Source: an uncultured delta proteobacterium (GTDB taxonomy: Bacteria > Desulfobacterota > Desulfomonilia > UBA1062). Taken from it: a stretch of 64,000 nt of DNA. The stretch's first letter is position 1, and each line of letters opens with the position of its first letter. Of the stretch, positions 26,964 through 38,110 are shown piece by piece. Made by a program: the position numbers and the translations under genes. Location: positions 32,001-96,000 of the forward strand of contig CAWCTR010000022.1 in the NCBI GenBank assembly GCA_963798485.1. The letters are read 5' to 3'. The notes below the pieces were generated by a model. The model saw only the letters and a program-made list of their open reading frames with translations. It was not told the origin of the DNA and did no database searches.

Positions 26964-28181
26964 TTATGCCCCCATAACGGCCCGGATAACCGAACGCACC
27001 CTGCGTGCATGCATGCAGTTATGGACGCGCACCAGATCTACGCCACCTAGCGCGGCCCAGGCGGTAATTGTATCGGTTCCTTCTTCGCGTTGATCAATAG
27101 TGCAATCAAGGATCGTGCCGATAAACGATTTTTTCGAGTGACCTGCCATGATGGGCACGTGAAGTGACTTGAACTCGGAAATGTGACGCATGATGGAGAG
27201 GTTTCCCTGAAGGTCTTTGCCGAAACCAAGCCCAGGGTCTGCAATGATGGACTCAGGAGAGATCCCTGCAGAAAGGCATGCCTCGATGCGTTCGTCGAGG
27301 AAGGCGTATATCTCGCCGATAATGTCTTTATAGATCGTATTGTCCTGCATGGTCTTTGGCGTACCCCGCATGTGCATGAGGATAACCCCGCATCCGATCT
27401 CACGGACGAGGTCCATCATATCAGGGTCGCCCCTAAGCGCACTGATATCATTGATTATGGTGGCGCCTTCATGAAGGGCCGCCCGGGCCACTGCGGCCTT
27501 GGTGGTATCGATGCTGATGGGGATAGTAAGAGTTGAGGCCAGCTCTTTGATGATAGGGGCTATTCTTGAGGTTTCCTCCTTAGCATCCACGCTCAGAGAT
27601 CCCGGCCTGGATGATTCACCCCCCACATCAATGATTTCGGCGCCTTGCCTTGCCATCTCCAGGGCATGTCGGAGCGCCGTGCCGGGGTCAAGGTATTTCC
27701 CTCCATCGGAAAAGGAATCGGGTGTCACATTCAGGATTCCCATGATGACCGGTAATTCCGTCCACTGATGGCCTTTGCCGCAGAGGTTGAGTTTCAATGG
27801 CCCATTCTCAGAGAACACCTGTTCACGGATACTCTGCGCCAGTGGTTCCAGACCCTCCTGAAGCATGAGTTTGTCCGCCAGGAGTTTGAAGTGCCTTAGG
27901 TCACCCATGATCACGCAGTCCGAGGTTTCCACCTTTCCTGAGATCACATGCCTATGGACTGCTACATCGCCGCCTATGGAGAGCATGCCCTGCTTGATGA
28001 TGTTGGCTGCGTAGAGCTTTACCCCCTGAACCAAGAGGTTTACATGATTGAGCTTAGGAACCAGATAGGCCAGCGAGGCCGGATCGACGCCGCAAGAGAG
28101 CAGGATGCCCTCATCCGCATCATAGATCCGCCTAGCTTGCGGCAGCCCCTTCCTGGACGATCTTGTCGATCTCTGCGCCAT
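26964..28181 (-). CDS. folP: Dihydropteroate synthase, long form with N-terminal extension
   Basis: [25 protein letters not shown] and DPGLGFGK motifs. Confidence 0.93.
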   Translation of the reverse strand: MAQRSTRSSRKGLPQARRIYDADEGILLSCGVDPASLAYLVPKLNHVNLLVQGVKLYAANIIKQGMLSIGGDVAVHRHVISGKVETSDCVIMGDLRHFKLLADKLMLQEGLEPLAQSIREQVFSENGPLKLNLCGKGHQWTELPVIMGILNVTPDSFSDGGKYLDPGTALRHALEMARQGAEIIDVGGESSRPGSLSVDAKEETSRIAPIIKELASTLTIPISIDTTKAAVARAALHEGATIINDISALRGDPDMMDLVREIGCGVILMHMRGTPKTMQDNTIYKDIIGEIYAFLDERIEACLSAGISPESIIADPGLGFGKDLQGNLSIMRHISEFKSLHVPIMAGHSKKSFIGTILDCTIDQREEGTDTITAWAALGGVDLVRVHNCMHARRVRSVIRAVMGA

Positions 28182-29949
28182 CGATGACCTCTTTCTCCAG
28201 CAGGGTCTGGGCTATCTTGTGAAGGATGTCGAGGTTGTCCTCAACAATCCCTTTCGTCTTATTATAGCAGTCCATAATGATCGTCTTCACCTCTTCGTCG
28301 ATCTTCTGGGCGGTCAGTTCACTGTAGTCGACCCGCTTGGAGATCTCTCTGCCCAAAAAGATCTCCTGCTCTACTTTGCCGAAACTCAAGGGCCCCAGCG
28401 AACTCATGCCCCATTCGGTGACCATGTGTCTGGCCATATCGGTGGCCCGCTCGATATCGTTTCCTGCGCCGGTAGTCAGACATCCGAGGACCAGCTCTTC
28501 GGAAACCCTGCCGCCCATGAGAACGGAGATGGTGGCAAGCAGAAACTCCTTGCTGTAAGTGTGCCTGTCATCAATGGGGAGCTGCTGGGTAATGCCCATG
28601 GCTCGTCCCCTAGGGATGATGCTTACCTTGTAAACAGGGTCTGCATTCGGCAGCTTCTTGGCTACCAGGGCATGACCAGCCTCATGGTAGGCGGTGGTCT
28701 TCTTCTCCTCTTCCGAGATCACCATGCTCTTGCGCTCCACGCCCATAAGGACCTTGTCCTTGGCCTGCTCCATGTCTTTCATCATTACCTTTGTCCGTGT
28801 TTTGCGGGCGGCAAGGAGCGCTGACTCATTTACGAGATTGGATAGATCGGCCCCTGAAAAACCGGGTGTGGCCTTGGCAAGTATTGCCAGATTTACATCA
28901 TCGGCCATAGGTATATTACGAGTATGTACCTTGAGGATGCCCTCTCTGCCTTTTACATCGGGGAATGCAACTATTACCTGGCGATCGAATCTCCCCGGAC
29001 GGAGAAGGGCCGGGTCCAAGACGTCCGGACGATTTGTAGCCGCCATGAGGATGACGCCCTCGTTTGATTCGAAACCATCCATCTCTACGAGGAGCTGGTT
29101 CAGGGTCTGCTCGCGCTCATCGTGGCCGCCGCCGAGACCGGCCCCCCTGTGCCTGCCCACGGCATCGATCTCATCGATAAAGATAATGCACGGGGCATGT
29201 TGTTTGCCCTGTGCAAAGAGGTCCCTCACGCGGGATGCGCCCACACCTACGAACATCTCGACAAAATCGGATCCGGACATGCTGAAGAAGGGAACGCCTG
29301 CTTCACCCGCAACGGCCTTTGCCAGCAGGGTTTTGCCTGTCCCTGGGGGTCCTAGGAGCAGCACCCCTTTTGGTATCCGGCCTCCCAGCGTGGTGAATCG
29401 CTTGGGCTCCTTGAGGAATTCGATGATCTCCTCCAACTCCTCCTTTGCCTCATCCACGCCTGCCACATCAACAAAGGTGACCTTCATCTTGTCCTGGGTC
29501 ATGAGCCTGGCTTTGCTCCTGCCAAAGCTCATGGCCTTGGTCCCTCCGGTTTGCATCTGTCTCATGAACAGGACCCAGACTCCGATGAGCAACAGCATTG
29601 GTATCCATGAGATGAGCGCAGAGAGATACCAGGGAGATTCATCCTTTGGTTTGGCTATGATGGAGACATTCTTTGCCGTAAGACGCTCCACAAGTTTAGG
29701 ATCATCCGGGGTATAGCTGTCAAAGAGCTTTCCGGTTACCAGCACCCCCTTGATTTCATTGCCCTGGATGGTGACTTCTTTTAATTCGCCTTTATCCAAG
29801 ACCTTGAGGAACTCGCTGAAGGATAGGGTGGAGGTCTGTTTTGCGGGCTGATTGAAAAGGTGGAAGAGCATCACCCCGATAAGGGCGATGACCACCCACA
29901 ACGCCACGGTCTTAATCATGCTGGTGTTTGAGTTCATGAGAGGACTCAC
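28132..29949 (-). CDS. ftsH: ATP-dependent zinc metalloprotease FtsH
   Basis: Two TM helices, [18 protein letters not shown] and HEAGH motifs. Confidence 0.98.
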   Translation of the reverse strand: MSPLMNSNTSMIKTVALWVVIALIGVMLFHLFNQPAKQTSTLSFSEFLKVLDKGELKEVTIQGNEIKGVLVTGKLFDSYTPDDPKLVERLTAKNVSIIAKPKDESPWYLSALISWIPMLLLIGVWVLFMRQMQTGGTKAMSFGRSKARLMTQDKMKVTFVDVAGVDEAKEELEEIIEFLKEPKRFTTLGGRIPKGVLLLGPPGTGKTLLAKAVAGEAGVPFFSMSGSDFVEMFVGVGASRVRDLFAQGKQHAPCIIFIDEIDAVGRHRGAGLGGGHDEREQTLNQLLVEMDGFESNEGVILMAATNRPDVLDPALLRPGRFDRQVIVAFPDVKGREGILKVHTRNIPMADDVNLAILAKATPGFSGADLSNLVNESALLAARKTRTKVMMKDMEQAKDKVLMGVERKSMVISEEEKKTTAYHEAGHALVAKKLPNADPVYKVSIIPRGRAMGITQQLPIDDRHTYSKEFLLATISVLMGGRVSEELVLGCLTTGAGNDIERATDMARHMVTEWGMSSLGPLSFGKVEQEIFLGREISKRVDYSELTAQKIDEEVKTIIMDCYNKTKGIVEDNLDILHKIAQTLLEKEVIDGAEIDKIVQEGAAAS

Positions 29950-30599
29950 TGTTTTGCATTCAGCTTCGCTGATGGTGAGGTTCCAAGAGAGGCCAGCAAG
30001 GTTTTGGCCATCTCGGAATAGTTTTCAGAAACGGCGCTTAAACATTGTCTCGCCTCACCACCTTTCCCGAGCGCAATCAATGCATTGGCCTTAAGGAACA
30101 GGGCCTGATCCTTAAGGTCTTTGGATGCGCTCTCGATACAGGTATCCAGTATGGGCAGGGCCTTGGCAGGCTCATTTTGCTGTATGTATGCACTGGCGGT
30201 TAAAAGGATAGCCTGCCAGTGGAATGCATCCTTGCCTGCCCATTTGTTAATGAACTCATCTGCATAAGCCAGGGCCATCTTCTGGTTACCTTGCTCTAAA
30301 GACATTCGGGCCAGTCTCAATTTGGCGAGCTTGCCGGCCTTTGTATCGGAATACTCCTGGGCGACCTGAAGAGACATCTGGGAATTATTGGAAGCCCTCA
30401 TGTATGCATTCATTCCGTCGAGCTCCCTGTTGGTCTTCCAGTAGTAAACCCCATATCCTCCAGCCAAGATGCAAACAAGGGCAACCGCACCGATGATGAA
30501 TTGCTGCGGATGCTCTTTTATCCAGGCAAGTACGCTGCTTGTCGTGGTTATGAATTCATCTGGTGTATTGAGTATGTCTTTGCGTGTTATTCGTGCCAT
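29946..30599 (-). CDS. Membrane-anchored TPR protein (YfgM-like)
   Basis: Single TM followed by TPR-like helices. Confidence 0.7.
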   Translation of the reverse strand: MARITRKDILNTPDEFITTTSSVLAWIKEHPQQFIIGAVALVCILAGGYGVYYWKTNRELDGMNAYMRASNNSQMSLQVAQEYSDTKAGKLAKLRLARMSLEQGNQKMALAYADEFINKWAGKDAFHWQAILLTASAYIQQNEPAKALPILDTCIESASKDLKDQALFLKANALIALGKGGEARQCLSAVSENYSEMAKTLLASLGTSPSAKLNAKQ

Positions 30600-30677
30600 G
30601 TATATTCAACCTCCGAGTAGATAGGAAGTATATAGTAATTCTAACAGGCGTATGTCAATTGTGTATTATCCTAAATT

Positions 30678-30724
30678 AAAGATAAAAAGCCCCTGCACAT
30701 ATTGTGCAGGGGCTTTTTATCTTT
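30678..30724. terminator. Rho-independent terminator after pilQ
   Basis: Perfect 22-bp inverted repeat AAAGATAAAAAGCCCCTGCACA-tat-TGTGCAGGGGCTTTTTATCTTT. Confidence 0.9.
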
Positions 30725-30758
30725 GTCATATTCTATCGGTATTGCCTTGGTTAACTGA

Positions 30759-32621
30759 TCATTGCATGGCCACCGGCTCGAGGATCTGGGGAGTTATGAA
30801 GATCAGGAGCTCTGTCTTGCTTTTTGTTTTTTCTGCTCCCTTGAAGAGATAACCTATTATAGGGAGATCGCCCAGGAAGGGGACCTTTTGAATATTATCC
30901 GTTTCCGATTCCTCAATAATGCCACCGATGACGGTTGTTTCACCATTCCTTACCAATACTTCCGTTATTGCCTCACGGTTATCTATGGAGGGGTCACCCA
31001 GAGAGTTCTTGACGGAGCCGAGTGCATCGCGTTTTACGCTGATCTCCATGTTCACGCTCCCGTCAAAGGCGATGCGAGGTGTCACATCGAGCTGGAGGTC
31101 TATGTCCTTCAGATCCGTAGAAAGCTGTCCTTCCTGGTTACGGACTATGTACGGATATTTTTGACCCTGTTTGATAGTCGCCTTTTTGTTGTCCATGGTG
31201 ACAACCTTCGGTCTGGAGAGCACATTGATGCTACCCGTGGTCTCTCCGATGTCGAGACTCAGGTCAAGAGAGGCAGAGGTGTTGCCAAGCCGTCCTACGG
31301 TAACGCCGAAGCCTGCCGCCTGGTTGGTCGGGAAATTAACTGCCAGGCTTGGGGCAGGGATAAGCGTCGTCGTCGCTGTCTGCCATCCGGTTCCAGTTGC
31401 ATTTATGGGACTCGTGAGAAAAGTACTGGTATTGGAGGTATTAGTACTAGCATTGGTGTTCCCCCCTGAGAGGCCGAAAAGCCATTTACCGCTCTGATTA
31501 TTTGTAGCGCCTCCCCACTGGATACCAAGACCCCTGGAGAAATTGTTGTCTGCCTGCACTATCCTGGCTGATATGAGGACCTGCGGGGTGGGTTTGTCCA
31601 GCCTCTTCACCATGGCGCTGATATCATCCACGCTCTTGCGGATGTCTTTGACAATGAGCACATTGGTCCTGTTATCCGCAGTGATGTTACCGCGATCCGA
31701 AAGCAGCCCCACTTCCTTTCCTTTGATAGTAGAAGTGATCTCTGATGCCTTAGCGAAATTGACGGGGATAACCGAGGTGACCAGGGGCTCCAACTGCTCC
31801 AGGGTCTTTTTTGAGGCGAGTTGGCGCTCCTGGGCTTGCTTGATCTTATCCGCCGGTGCAATGCGCACTACATTGCCCATGGCCATCTTATCAAGGTCCT
31901 TACTTTCCAGGACCACATCCAGGGCCTGGTCCCACGGGATGTCCTTAAGCCTGATGGTGATGGTTCCCTTGACTTCGTCCGAGGTCACAATATTGAGCCC
32001 GCTCACGTCAGCGATGATCCTTAAGATATTGTGAATGTCGGCGTTCTGGAAATCCAGGGTGATCTTTTCACCTTTGTATTTGGGAGAGGTATCAGTGTTG
32101 ATGATGTTGCTCTGGAAGGCGGGTTCCGGGGAAAGGCCTTTCACATAGGGCTGTTTGGAGGGTTCAGAGTATCCCGAGGTTTGAACAGACGCCGTAACCG
32201 TATCGAGAGCGACGGCCTTTACCGTTTGGACCTTGTTCTTGACCTCATCGGGGATATCGAAGTCCATGATAAGGAGCTTGTTGTCCTGGGACACAAAGTA
32301 GGGGGTCATCTGCTTCATGGCGATATCAAAGACCACGTCCTCTTTGTCCTGTCTGGGAAGGATCTCCTGAATCGCTGTTGCAAACTCGGATGTGATATAA
32401 GGCCGTGCAAGGCGGTTCGGGATTTTCGCCTTGTTGATCCGCAGCACCACGCTGTTGCCTTCCCGGTTCACGTCGTAGGTGGCCGGTCCATCAAGGCTGA
32501 TCTGGAGCCTTGATTTGTTCTCCACATTCATGAAGTCCACACTCTTAATGGTCAATCCGAATGCACAGTACGGCATGGCCAGCAATCCGATTATGAATAC
32601 TAGGATGGTATGTTTCTTCAT
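30759..32621 (-). CDS. pilQ: Type IV pilus secretin PilQ
   Basis: AMIN-like N-terminus, ITLDFQNADI, PWDQALD and VPFLGDLPIIGYLFK...ELLIFITP. Confidence 0.95.
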   Translation of the reverse strand: MKKHTILVFIIGLLAMPYCAFGLTIKSVDFMNVENKSRLQISLDGPATYDVNREGNSVVLRINKAKIPNRLARPYITSEFATAIQEILPRQDKEDVVFDIAMKQMTPYFVSQDNKLLIMDFDIPDEVKNKVQTVKAVALDTVTASVQTSGYSEPSKQPYVKGLSPEPAFQSNIINTDTSPKYKGEKITLDFQNADIHNILRIIADVSGLNIVTSDEVKGTITIRLKDIPWDQALDVVLESKDLDKMAMGNVVRIAPADKIKQAQERQLASKKTLEQLEPLVTSVIPVNFAKASEITSTIKGKEVGLLSDRGNITADNRTNVLIVKDIRKSVDDISAMVKRLDKPTPQVLISARIVQADNNFSRGLGIQWGGATNNQSGKWLFGLSGGNTNASTNTSNTSTFLTSPINATGTGWQTATTTLIPAPSLAVNFPTNQAAGFGVTVGRLGNTSASLDLSLDIGETTGSINVLSRPKVVTMDNKKATIKQGQKYPYIVRNQEGQLSTDLKDIDLQLDVTPRIAFDGSVNMEISVKRDALGSVKNSLGDPSIDNREAITEVLVRNGETTVIGGIIEESETDNIQKVPFLGDLPIIGYLFKGAEKTKSKTELLIFITPQILEPVAMQ

Positions 32622-32622
32622 G

Positions 32623-33147
32623 CTACTTTACCCCCTCTTCCTTCTTGAGAGCCAATACAACTTCTCGGGTGGTTACGCGACCCATGTAGTCTTTGAAGTG
32701 TTGTTTAATGGTAATGCCGTCTTTTGCAACCTTTGTGACAATTCCATTATTTTCGCCGATAAGCGTGCCTTCGGTGATAATGTATCCCATTCCCGATGAA
32801 TCCTGGATAAGGGCCCGGTTCTGTTTGGTGAGGATGATCCCGACGAGGTAAATCTGCGAAATGGATATCCTCTGGAGCGCATCCGGACCCTTATCACCAC
32901 CCTGGCCTATCTCACCCGGGTTGATACCCCCGAAGGGCTGGAAAGGATCACGGACCCCGATTACTTGGTATTCCGGTTTCTTCTCTTCCTCCTGGACAAG
33001 CACCGGCGCAACCAGTTCAGCCTTCTTCTTAGTTGTGGGATGCAGGGGCTGACCTGTTGTCCCTGTCGATGGCTGATTGCAGCCGGGCAAGGCGAAGAGC
33101 ACTCCGATGAAAAGCACGATCAGGAAGGAATAGATAATTCTTTTCAT
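32623..33147 (-). CDS. pilP: Pilus assembly lipoprotein PilP
   Basis: Lipobox LPGC, RDPF motif and operon position. Confidence 0.88.
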   Translation of the reverse strand: MKRIIYSFLIVLFIGVLFALPGCNQPSTGTTGQPLHPTTKKKAELVAPVLVQEEEKKPEYQVIGVRDPFQPFGGINPGEIGQGGDKGPDALQRISISQIYLVGIILTKQNRALIQDSSGMGYIITEGTLIGENNGIVTKVAKDGITIKQHFKDYMGRVTTREVVLALKKEEGVK

Positions 33148-33761
33148 TTCTTCCCTCCTTTGTCTGAACCCACACCTGATGGTTCGGCCTTTGTCGTTTC
33201 AATGAACTTATAGGTAACTGCCTTGCAAGATGTGGACACCATCGTACCGCCTGCGGGGTCCTTTTTAGGGGTGCCTGTAGAGATGTCCAGGATGTTGACT
33301 ATCCTGGGCATCTTGGAGACATTGTTAAAGAAGGTGACTATGTCACGATACTTCCCCTCAACCTGGATATCCACCGGGATCTCTGCGAAAAAGTTTTTGG
33401 CGACCTCGGGCAAGGGCTTGAAAAGCTTGAACTCCAATCCCGCTGCCGTACCCAGGGAGGAGACATTTTCCAGCAGTGTCGGTATTTCGCTTTTATCAGG
33501 GAGTTGTTTCAATGCGATGTATAGCTTGGCCCTGGTTTGCTCAAGCTCGGCAAGGTACCTGGCTTTTTCCTTTACGATCACCTTTTTGGCGGCAAGCTCG
33601 GACTTGAGTTGGTTCAACTCCGGCTCGATGGTCCTGATATCACTGAGCACGGGTTTGTAGAATACCTGCCAATAGATGCCGAGGATTGCGGCCAGGATGA
33701 CCACGAGGACAAGCACCTTCAAAAGCGGCTTCTGTCGTAAGAGTATATCGATTACATTCAT
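33144..33761 (-). CDS. pilO: Pilus assembly protein PilO
   Basis: QLPDKSEIPTLL, FFAEIPV and MPRIVNI motifs. Confidence 0.92.
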   Translation of the reverse strand: MNVIDILLRQKPLLKVLVLVVILAAILGIYWQVFYKPVLSDIRTIEPELNQLKSELAAKKVIVKEKARYLAELEQTRAKLYIALKQLPDKSEIPTLLENVSSLGTAAGLEFKLFKPLPEVAKNFFAEIPVDIQVEGKYRDIVTFFNNVSKMPRIVNILDISTGTPKKDPAGGTMVSTSCKAVTYKFIETTKAEPSGVGSDKGGKK

Positions 33762-33769
33762 AATCCACC

Positions 33770-34303
33770 TCAGGCTGACAACTTAATCTTGCACGTGATG
33801 GAGAACTTCTGTTTGCCCCCTTCTTGCTGAGAGAGCACAAGGGTCACATTATCGAAATGCTTGGATGCCTGAAGCTGTTTCATGAATGTGGCGATGGTCG
33901 TATTGTCCACTGCCTGACCTTCGAGCACCATGCTGTCACCATTGTTGCTCAGAGAGGTGAGCCATGCCTTATCGGGGATGATTGTGCTCAATTCGTCCAA
34001 GACTTCCACTGGTCCGGTCTTTTTGGCATTGAGGTCCTGGATTACATCGAGCTTTTTCTCCAGCTCCTGTTTTTGCTGCTTGAATTTCTCTATCTCGCCG
34101 GCTTCAGCCGTGAGCTTCTTGATCTCTACCTTTGTGGCTGCAACCTCCCTTATAAGGGATTCCCTCTGTGATACTATAGTGGTCTGGATGAACCATTCAA
34201 AGATGAGCGTGAGAACGACACAGAGGCCAATAAGGACTATATGCTCCACCAGGGCCTTCTTCCTCAGTTCCAGCCGGATGGGTAACAGATTTATCTTTAC
34301 CAT
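33770..34303 (-). CDS. pilN: Pilus assembly protein PilN
   Basis: INLLP N-terminal motif, TM helix and coiled coil. Confidence 0.92.
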   Translation of the reverse strand: MVKINLLPIRLELRKKALVEHIVLIGLCVVLTLIFEWFIQTTIVSQRESLIREVAATKVEIKKLTAEAGEIEKFKQQKQELEKKLDVIQDLNAKKTGPVEVLDELSTIIPDKAWLTSLSNNGDSMVLEGQAVDNTTIATFMKQLQASKHFDNVTLVLSQQEGGKQKFSITCKIKLSA

Positions 34304-35355
34304 TTATAGTCGGCCCTCCTTAATGCAAGGCCCACGGCCACAGCCAACTGTGGTGCGATATAGGCCATATATTCCGGGTCAAACACCCTGTCGTCCCATT
34401 TAATATTATTAAAGGGATTGACCATCTCAACAGGGATCTCCATCTGTTTCTCCAGCAGCTTGATAAGTCCCGGTATCTTGCTGGATCCGCCACTCATGTA
34501 GATCTTCTCGATATTCTCATTGACCATGGTGGACAGGAAAAAGTCCAGTGTACGCCTTATCTCCTGGACATAGGTTTCCGACGCCATCTTAAAGATGTAG
34601 TTGATTTTCTCAAGGTCAATGCCCTCGATGTTCGCCCCGGTCTTAATGTTCTCGGCCCGTTCGTAGCTCACGCCGAATTCGCGCTGGATTCTCTCGGTAA
34701 GCTGCCTGCCACCCATGGAGATGTCGCGGGCGAAGATCGACATGCCGTCTTTAATGACGTTGATGTTGATCATGGAGGCGCCGGCATTCACGAGCGCCAC
34801 AATAGATTCCGTAGCATCCGGGTAGTTAACTTCATACATACTCTCAAGGGAGAAGACGTCGATGTCCATGAGCATGGGTTTTAAGCCTGCGTTCTTTACG
34901 GCTGAAGAGTAATCATCAACCAATTCTCTCTTGGCGGCTACGATGAGCACATCCATCATGTCGGTGCGCTCCAGGCTCTCGCCCAAGATGAAGGAATCAA
35001 AATAGACATCGTTAATATCAAAGGGTATATACTGCTCGGCCTCAATGGGGAGTGTCTGTCTGAGCTCGGCTTCGCTCTGGAGGGGAAGCTCGGCCTTTTT
35101 CACAATGACGGAATGGCCGGATATTGCAGTAGCTGCGCCGCGGGACCGGACCTTCAGGTTTTCCCTAAGGTTCTTGATGGTATCCACCACGGTCTCAGAG
35201 TCCATAATATCCTTGTCCACGATACACTCGGCAGGGATCAGGCCAAGCCCTAAGGCCTTAAGATGGTAGCCGCTCCGTGTCTTGGCTATATCCACCATCT
35301 TGATGGATTGTGAGCCGATATCCAAACCCAGCAGATTCTTTTCAAAAAACATCAC
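34297..35355 (-). CDS. pilM: Pilus assembly protein PilM
   Basis: GLDIGS actin-like fold, EAEQYIPF and AVAVGLALR. Confidence 0.94.
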   Translation of the reverse strand: MMFFEKNLLGLDIGSQSIKMVDIAKTRSGYHLKALGLGLIPAECIVDKDIMDSETVVDTIKNLRENLKVRSRGAATAISGHSVIVKKAELPLQSEAELRQTLPIEAEQYIPFDINDVYFDSFILGESLERTDMMDVLIVAAKRELVDDYSSAVKNAGLKPMLMDIDVFSLESMYEVNYPDATESIVALVNAGASMININVIKDGMSIFARDISMGGRQLTERIQREFGVSYERAENIKTGANIEGIDLEKINYIFKMASETYVQEIRRTLDFFLSTMVNENIEKIYMSGGSSKIPGLIKLLEKQMEIPVEMVNPFNNIKWDDRVFDPEYMAYIAPQLAVAVGLALRRADYKW

Positions 35356-35367
35356 ACCACCCCGCGA

Positions 35368-35691
35368 TCAAGACTTTTTCTTTTTGAACACTACGATGGT
35401 ATCTCCGGATCTCACCAGGTTCAACTCCTTTACGATCACATGCTCGATGTATGCCATATTGTCTTTGAGCATGGTGGCTTCCCGCGTCAGCGAAGCATTT
35501 TCCGTTTCGAGCGCGGCAGTGCGGCTTTTCAGCGTAGTAAGCTCGCGATGGAGTTGATAACCTCGAATGATCCCTTTTTCGCCTGGAAGAGTGAACACGA
35601 GCAGTAACGCAATAACCAAGATCAAACCAAAGGTTAAGGAATGCGTAACTGTCATTGCGTGTATCATACTCCATTTGTAATGGGATCGCAT
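35368..35691 (-). CDS. ftsB: Septum formation initiator (FtsB/DivIC family); start uncertain
   Basis: TM helix, GEKG, coiled coil and IEHVIVKELNLVRSGD. Confidence 0.75.
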   Translation of the reverse strand: MRSHYKWSMIHAMTVTHSLTFGLILVIALLLVFTLPGEKGIIRGYQLHRELTTLKSRTAALETENASLTREATMLKDNMAYIEHVIVKELNLVRSGDTIVVFKKKKS

Positions 35692-35844
35692 TAAAAATCA
35701 GTTCTTCCCTAAGCATAGCCTATCTATCGGGAAGGGGAAAGTGAATCTTTAGGAAAATATCAAATTGGTAACAGGAGTTGTCAAAGACACAGGAATTTGG
35801 CTTATAGGGTTACGATCTCGTAATGAGAGTTCCCATTGTGGAGA

Positions 35845-36498
35845 TCATCGTGAGAACCGGTAATGTATCCCTGTGGCCAAACCCAGAAGAAAGCCGCCGA
35901 TATGGGAAAACCATGCCACCGAACTCTGAGAGTTCATACTTATGTATCCATTCACACCCTGGATGAAAAACCAGATGAGGATGAAGATGATGGAAGGGAC
36001 CTCGATGACCTCAAGCAGCAGGATCAATGGGATCAAGGTAAGGATACGCCCCTTGGGGTTGAGGATGAGATAGGCCCCCATAACGGCTGCAATGGCGCCC
36101 GACGCGCCCACTACCGGGACGGATGACTGGGGGTTTATTAAGGTGTGAGCATAGAAGGCGGCAAAGATTGCTACAAGATAGAAGAGTATGAAGCGAATTA
36201 CCCCAAGATTTTTTTCCAAGGGAGGGCCGAAGACTGATAAGAAGATGAGATTGCCGAGGAGATGGATGTAGCCCGAATGGATGAACCCCGAGGCAAGAAT
36301 GGCCGTGTGTATCTTCAAAAAACTGGTATTGCCTACGATGAGGTATCCGGTAATGTCGGCAGGGCTTACACGAAACATATGAAATATCTGTTCGCCGAGC
36401 CTGATCTCCTCAATGAACATAGCTAGGTTCAAGATTATAAGGCAGGCGGTAGCTGGGGCAAAACCCCTAGGGGCGCTTGTGTCCCGGACGGGGATCAT
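35845..36498 (-). CDS. Rhomboid intramembrane serine protease
   Basis: MIPVRD start, HLLGN, GASGA and SHIGGF motifs. Confidence 0.9.
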   Translation of the reverse strand: MIPVRDTSAPRGFAPATACLIILNLAMFIEEIRLGEQIFHMFRVSPADITGYLIVGNTSFLKIHTAILASGFIHSGYIHLLGNLIFLSVFGPPLEKNLGVIRFILFYLVAIFAAFYAHTLINPQSSVPVVGASGAIAAVMGAYLILNPKGRILTLIPLILLLEVIEVPSIIFILIWFFIQGVNGYISMNSQSSVAWFSHIGGFLLGLATGIHYRFSR

Positions 36499-36611
36499 GG
36501 GTGAGGCTTTATCATGAAAAGATCCATAGGGCAAGATGGTCGAAGTGAAGAGATATTCATGTAAAGCCCTATCTTGCCGCTTCAGTACTTTATGATATAT
36601 AGGGACTTGCC

Positions 36612-36830
36612 ATGAGACAATTCGGGACCCCACTTATCTTTGCCGGCATCATAGCGATCCTTCTGGGCATCTTCTTTAGTATGGGAGGCGGCTTATCCTG
36701 GCTGGGAAGGCTGCCCGGCGATATCAGGATCGCTAGGCCGGGCTTCAACCTCTATTTTCCCATCACAACGTCCATATTCATAAGCATCATAGTCAGCCTG
36801 GCACTGTACCTTATCAGGCATTTCAGGTGA
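36612..36830 (+). CDS. DUF2905-type small membrane protein
   Basis: LGRLPGDI...YFPITTSI motif. Confidence 0.85.
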   Translation: MRQFGTPLIFAGIIAILLGIFFSMGGGLSWLGRLPGDIRIARPGFNLYFPITTSIFISIIVSLALYLIRHFR

Positions 36831-38098
36831 GTGACGTGTCTCTAGACAATTTCATAGCATGGTTTGTCCGCATGAGTTCAAAGGCCTGCTTTAGCTTTGA
36901 TGCAGGGAGGAGTGCATTTATTCCTATAGCACCTTCTCAACCGATTCATCTCTACATTCACATCCCCTTCTGTGTGCAGCTCTGCCCGTACTGCTCATTC
37001 CACCGGTTTTCTTTTGAAGAGGGTGCGGCCCGGGAATACTTTCTGGCATTGAGACAGGAGTTGCAGCTCTATGCCAATAAGGGTTTTCGTTTCTCATCGG
37101 TCTATATCGGGGGCGGCACCCCGACGGTCCTCATGGATGAGCTTTTTATAACCATCGGGCTCATCAATACCCTGTTTTCGCCCTCAGAGATCTCTGTGGA
37201 GACAAACCCGGACCGCTTGGATAAAGGGCTCCTGGCTTCTCTTGCCGATGCAGGGGTGAGAAGGGTATCGGTGGGCATCCAGAGCTTTTCCGACGATATC
37301 CTGAAGGCCATCGGGAGATATGAAAAGTACGGCAGCGGTCAGGAACTGGCCCACAAGGTCGCAGAGGCAATAGGTTTTGTAGAAACATTGAATGTGGATA
37401 TGATATACAACTTCCCCATCCAGGACTCCTCCATGCTCGAACATGACCTCAAGACTCTTCTGAAGATTCTTCCGGACCAGGTCACCTTCTATCCCCTTAT
37501 GATATCTCAGGCCACCCGCACTCAGATGGAAGGCATCATGGGCAGCGTCAGCCCTGAGATGGGGAGGTCTTTTTATGCCATGATTACCTCGGCCCTTGAA
37601 TCCGTCTATACACCGAATTCAGCGTGGTGCTTTTCCCGGGGCGGGGCGCCCATGATCGACGAATACGTGGTCGGCGGTCAGGAGTACGCAGGCGCCGGGA
37701 GCGGTGCCTTTGGCCTGGTGAATGGGGTGATGTATGCGAATACCTTTTCACTTGGGGAGTACGTGAAATCGATAAAATCCGGTAGCCTGCCCATCAAACA
37801 CGCCAAGGTCTTCTCGCGCCATGAAATGGCCCGCTACTATCTTCTCATGACCCTTTTCGGACTCAAGCTTGACCTTGATTTATTCAGACAACGTTTCGAC
37901 CATTCCGTGTGGAGGCTGCTCGGGCCGGAGATACTCTTTTTTATTCTGGCCGGGGCCCTTCGCATAACCAAAGGACAGATAAGCCTGACCAAGCGAGGGC
38001 GCTATTACTGGGTCATTATGATGAGAGAGTTCTTTACCGGTGTGGACAATTTTCGTGATGCAAGCAGGGAGGCCGCCACCCTCTGGCCAGTCACCTGA
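36827..38098 (+). CDS. HemN-like class C radical SAM enzyme, probable menaquinone methyltransferase (MenK/MqnK)
   Basis: YIHIPFCVQLCPYCSF, YIGGGTP, QVTFYPLM and DEYV...GSGAF motifs. Confidence 0.75.
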   Translation: MSDVSLDNFIAWFVRMSSKACFSFDAGRSAFIPIAPSQPIHLYIHIPFCVQLCPYCSFHRFSFEEGAAREYFLALRQELQLYANKGFRFSSVYIGGGTPTVLMDELFITIGLINTLFSPSEISVETNPDRLDKGLLASLADAGVRRVSVGIQSFSDDILKAIGRYEKYGSGQELAHKVAEAIGFVETLNVDMIYNFPIQDSSMLEHDLKTLLKILPDQVTFYPLMISQATRTQMEGIMGSVSPEMGRSFYAMITSALESVYTPNSAWCFSRGGAPMIDEYVVGGQEYAGAGSGAFGLVNGVMYANTFSLGEYVKSIKSGSLPIKHAKVFSRHEMARYYLLMTLFGLKLDLDLFRQRFDHSVWRLLGPEILFFILAGALRITKGQISLTKRGRYYWVIMMREFFTGVDNFRDASREAATLWPVT

Positions 38099-38110
38099 AG
38101 TCAAAAGTCA

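Noticed and set aside
28694-29716. 340-aa + strand ORF
   Set aside because: Antisense shadow of ftsH with no recognisable motifs.
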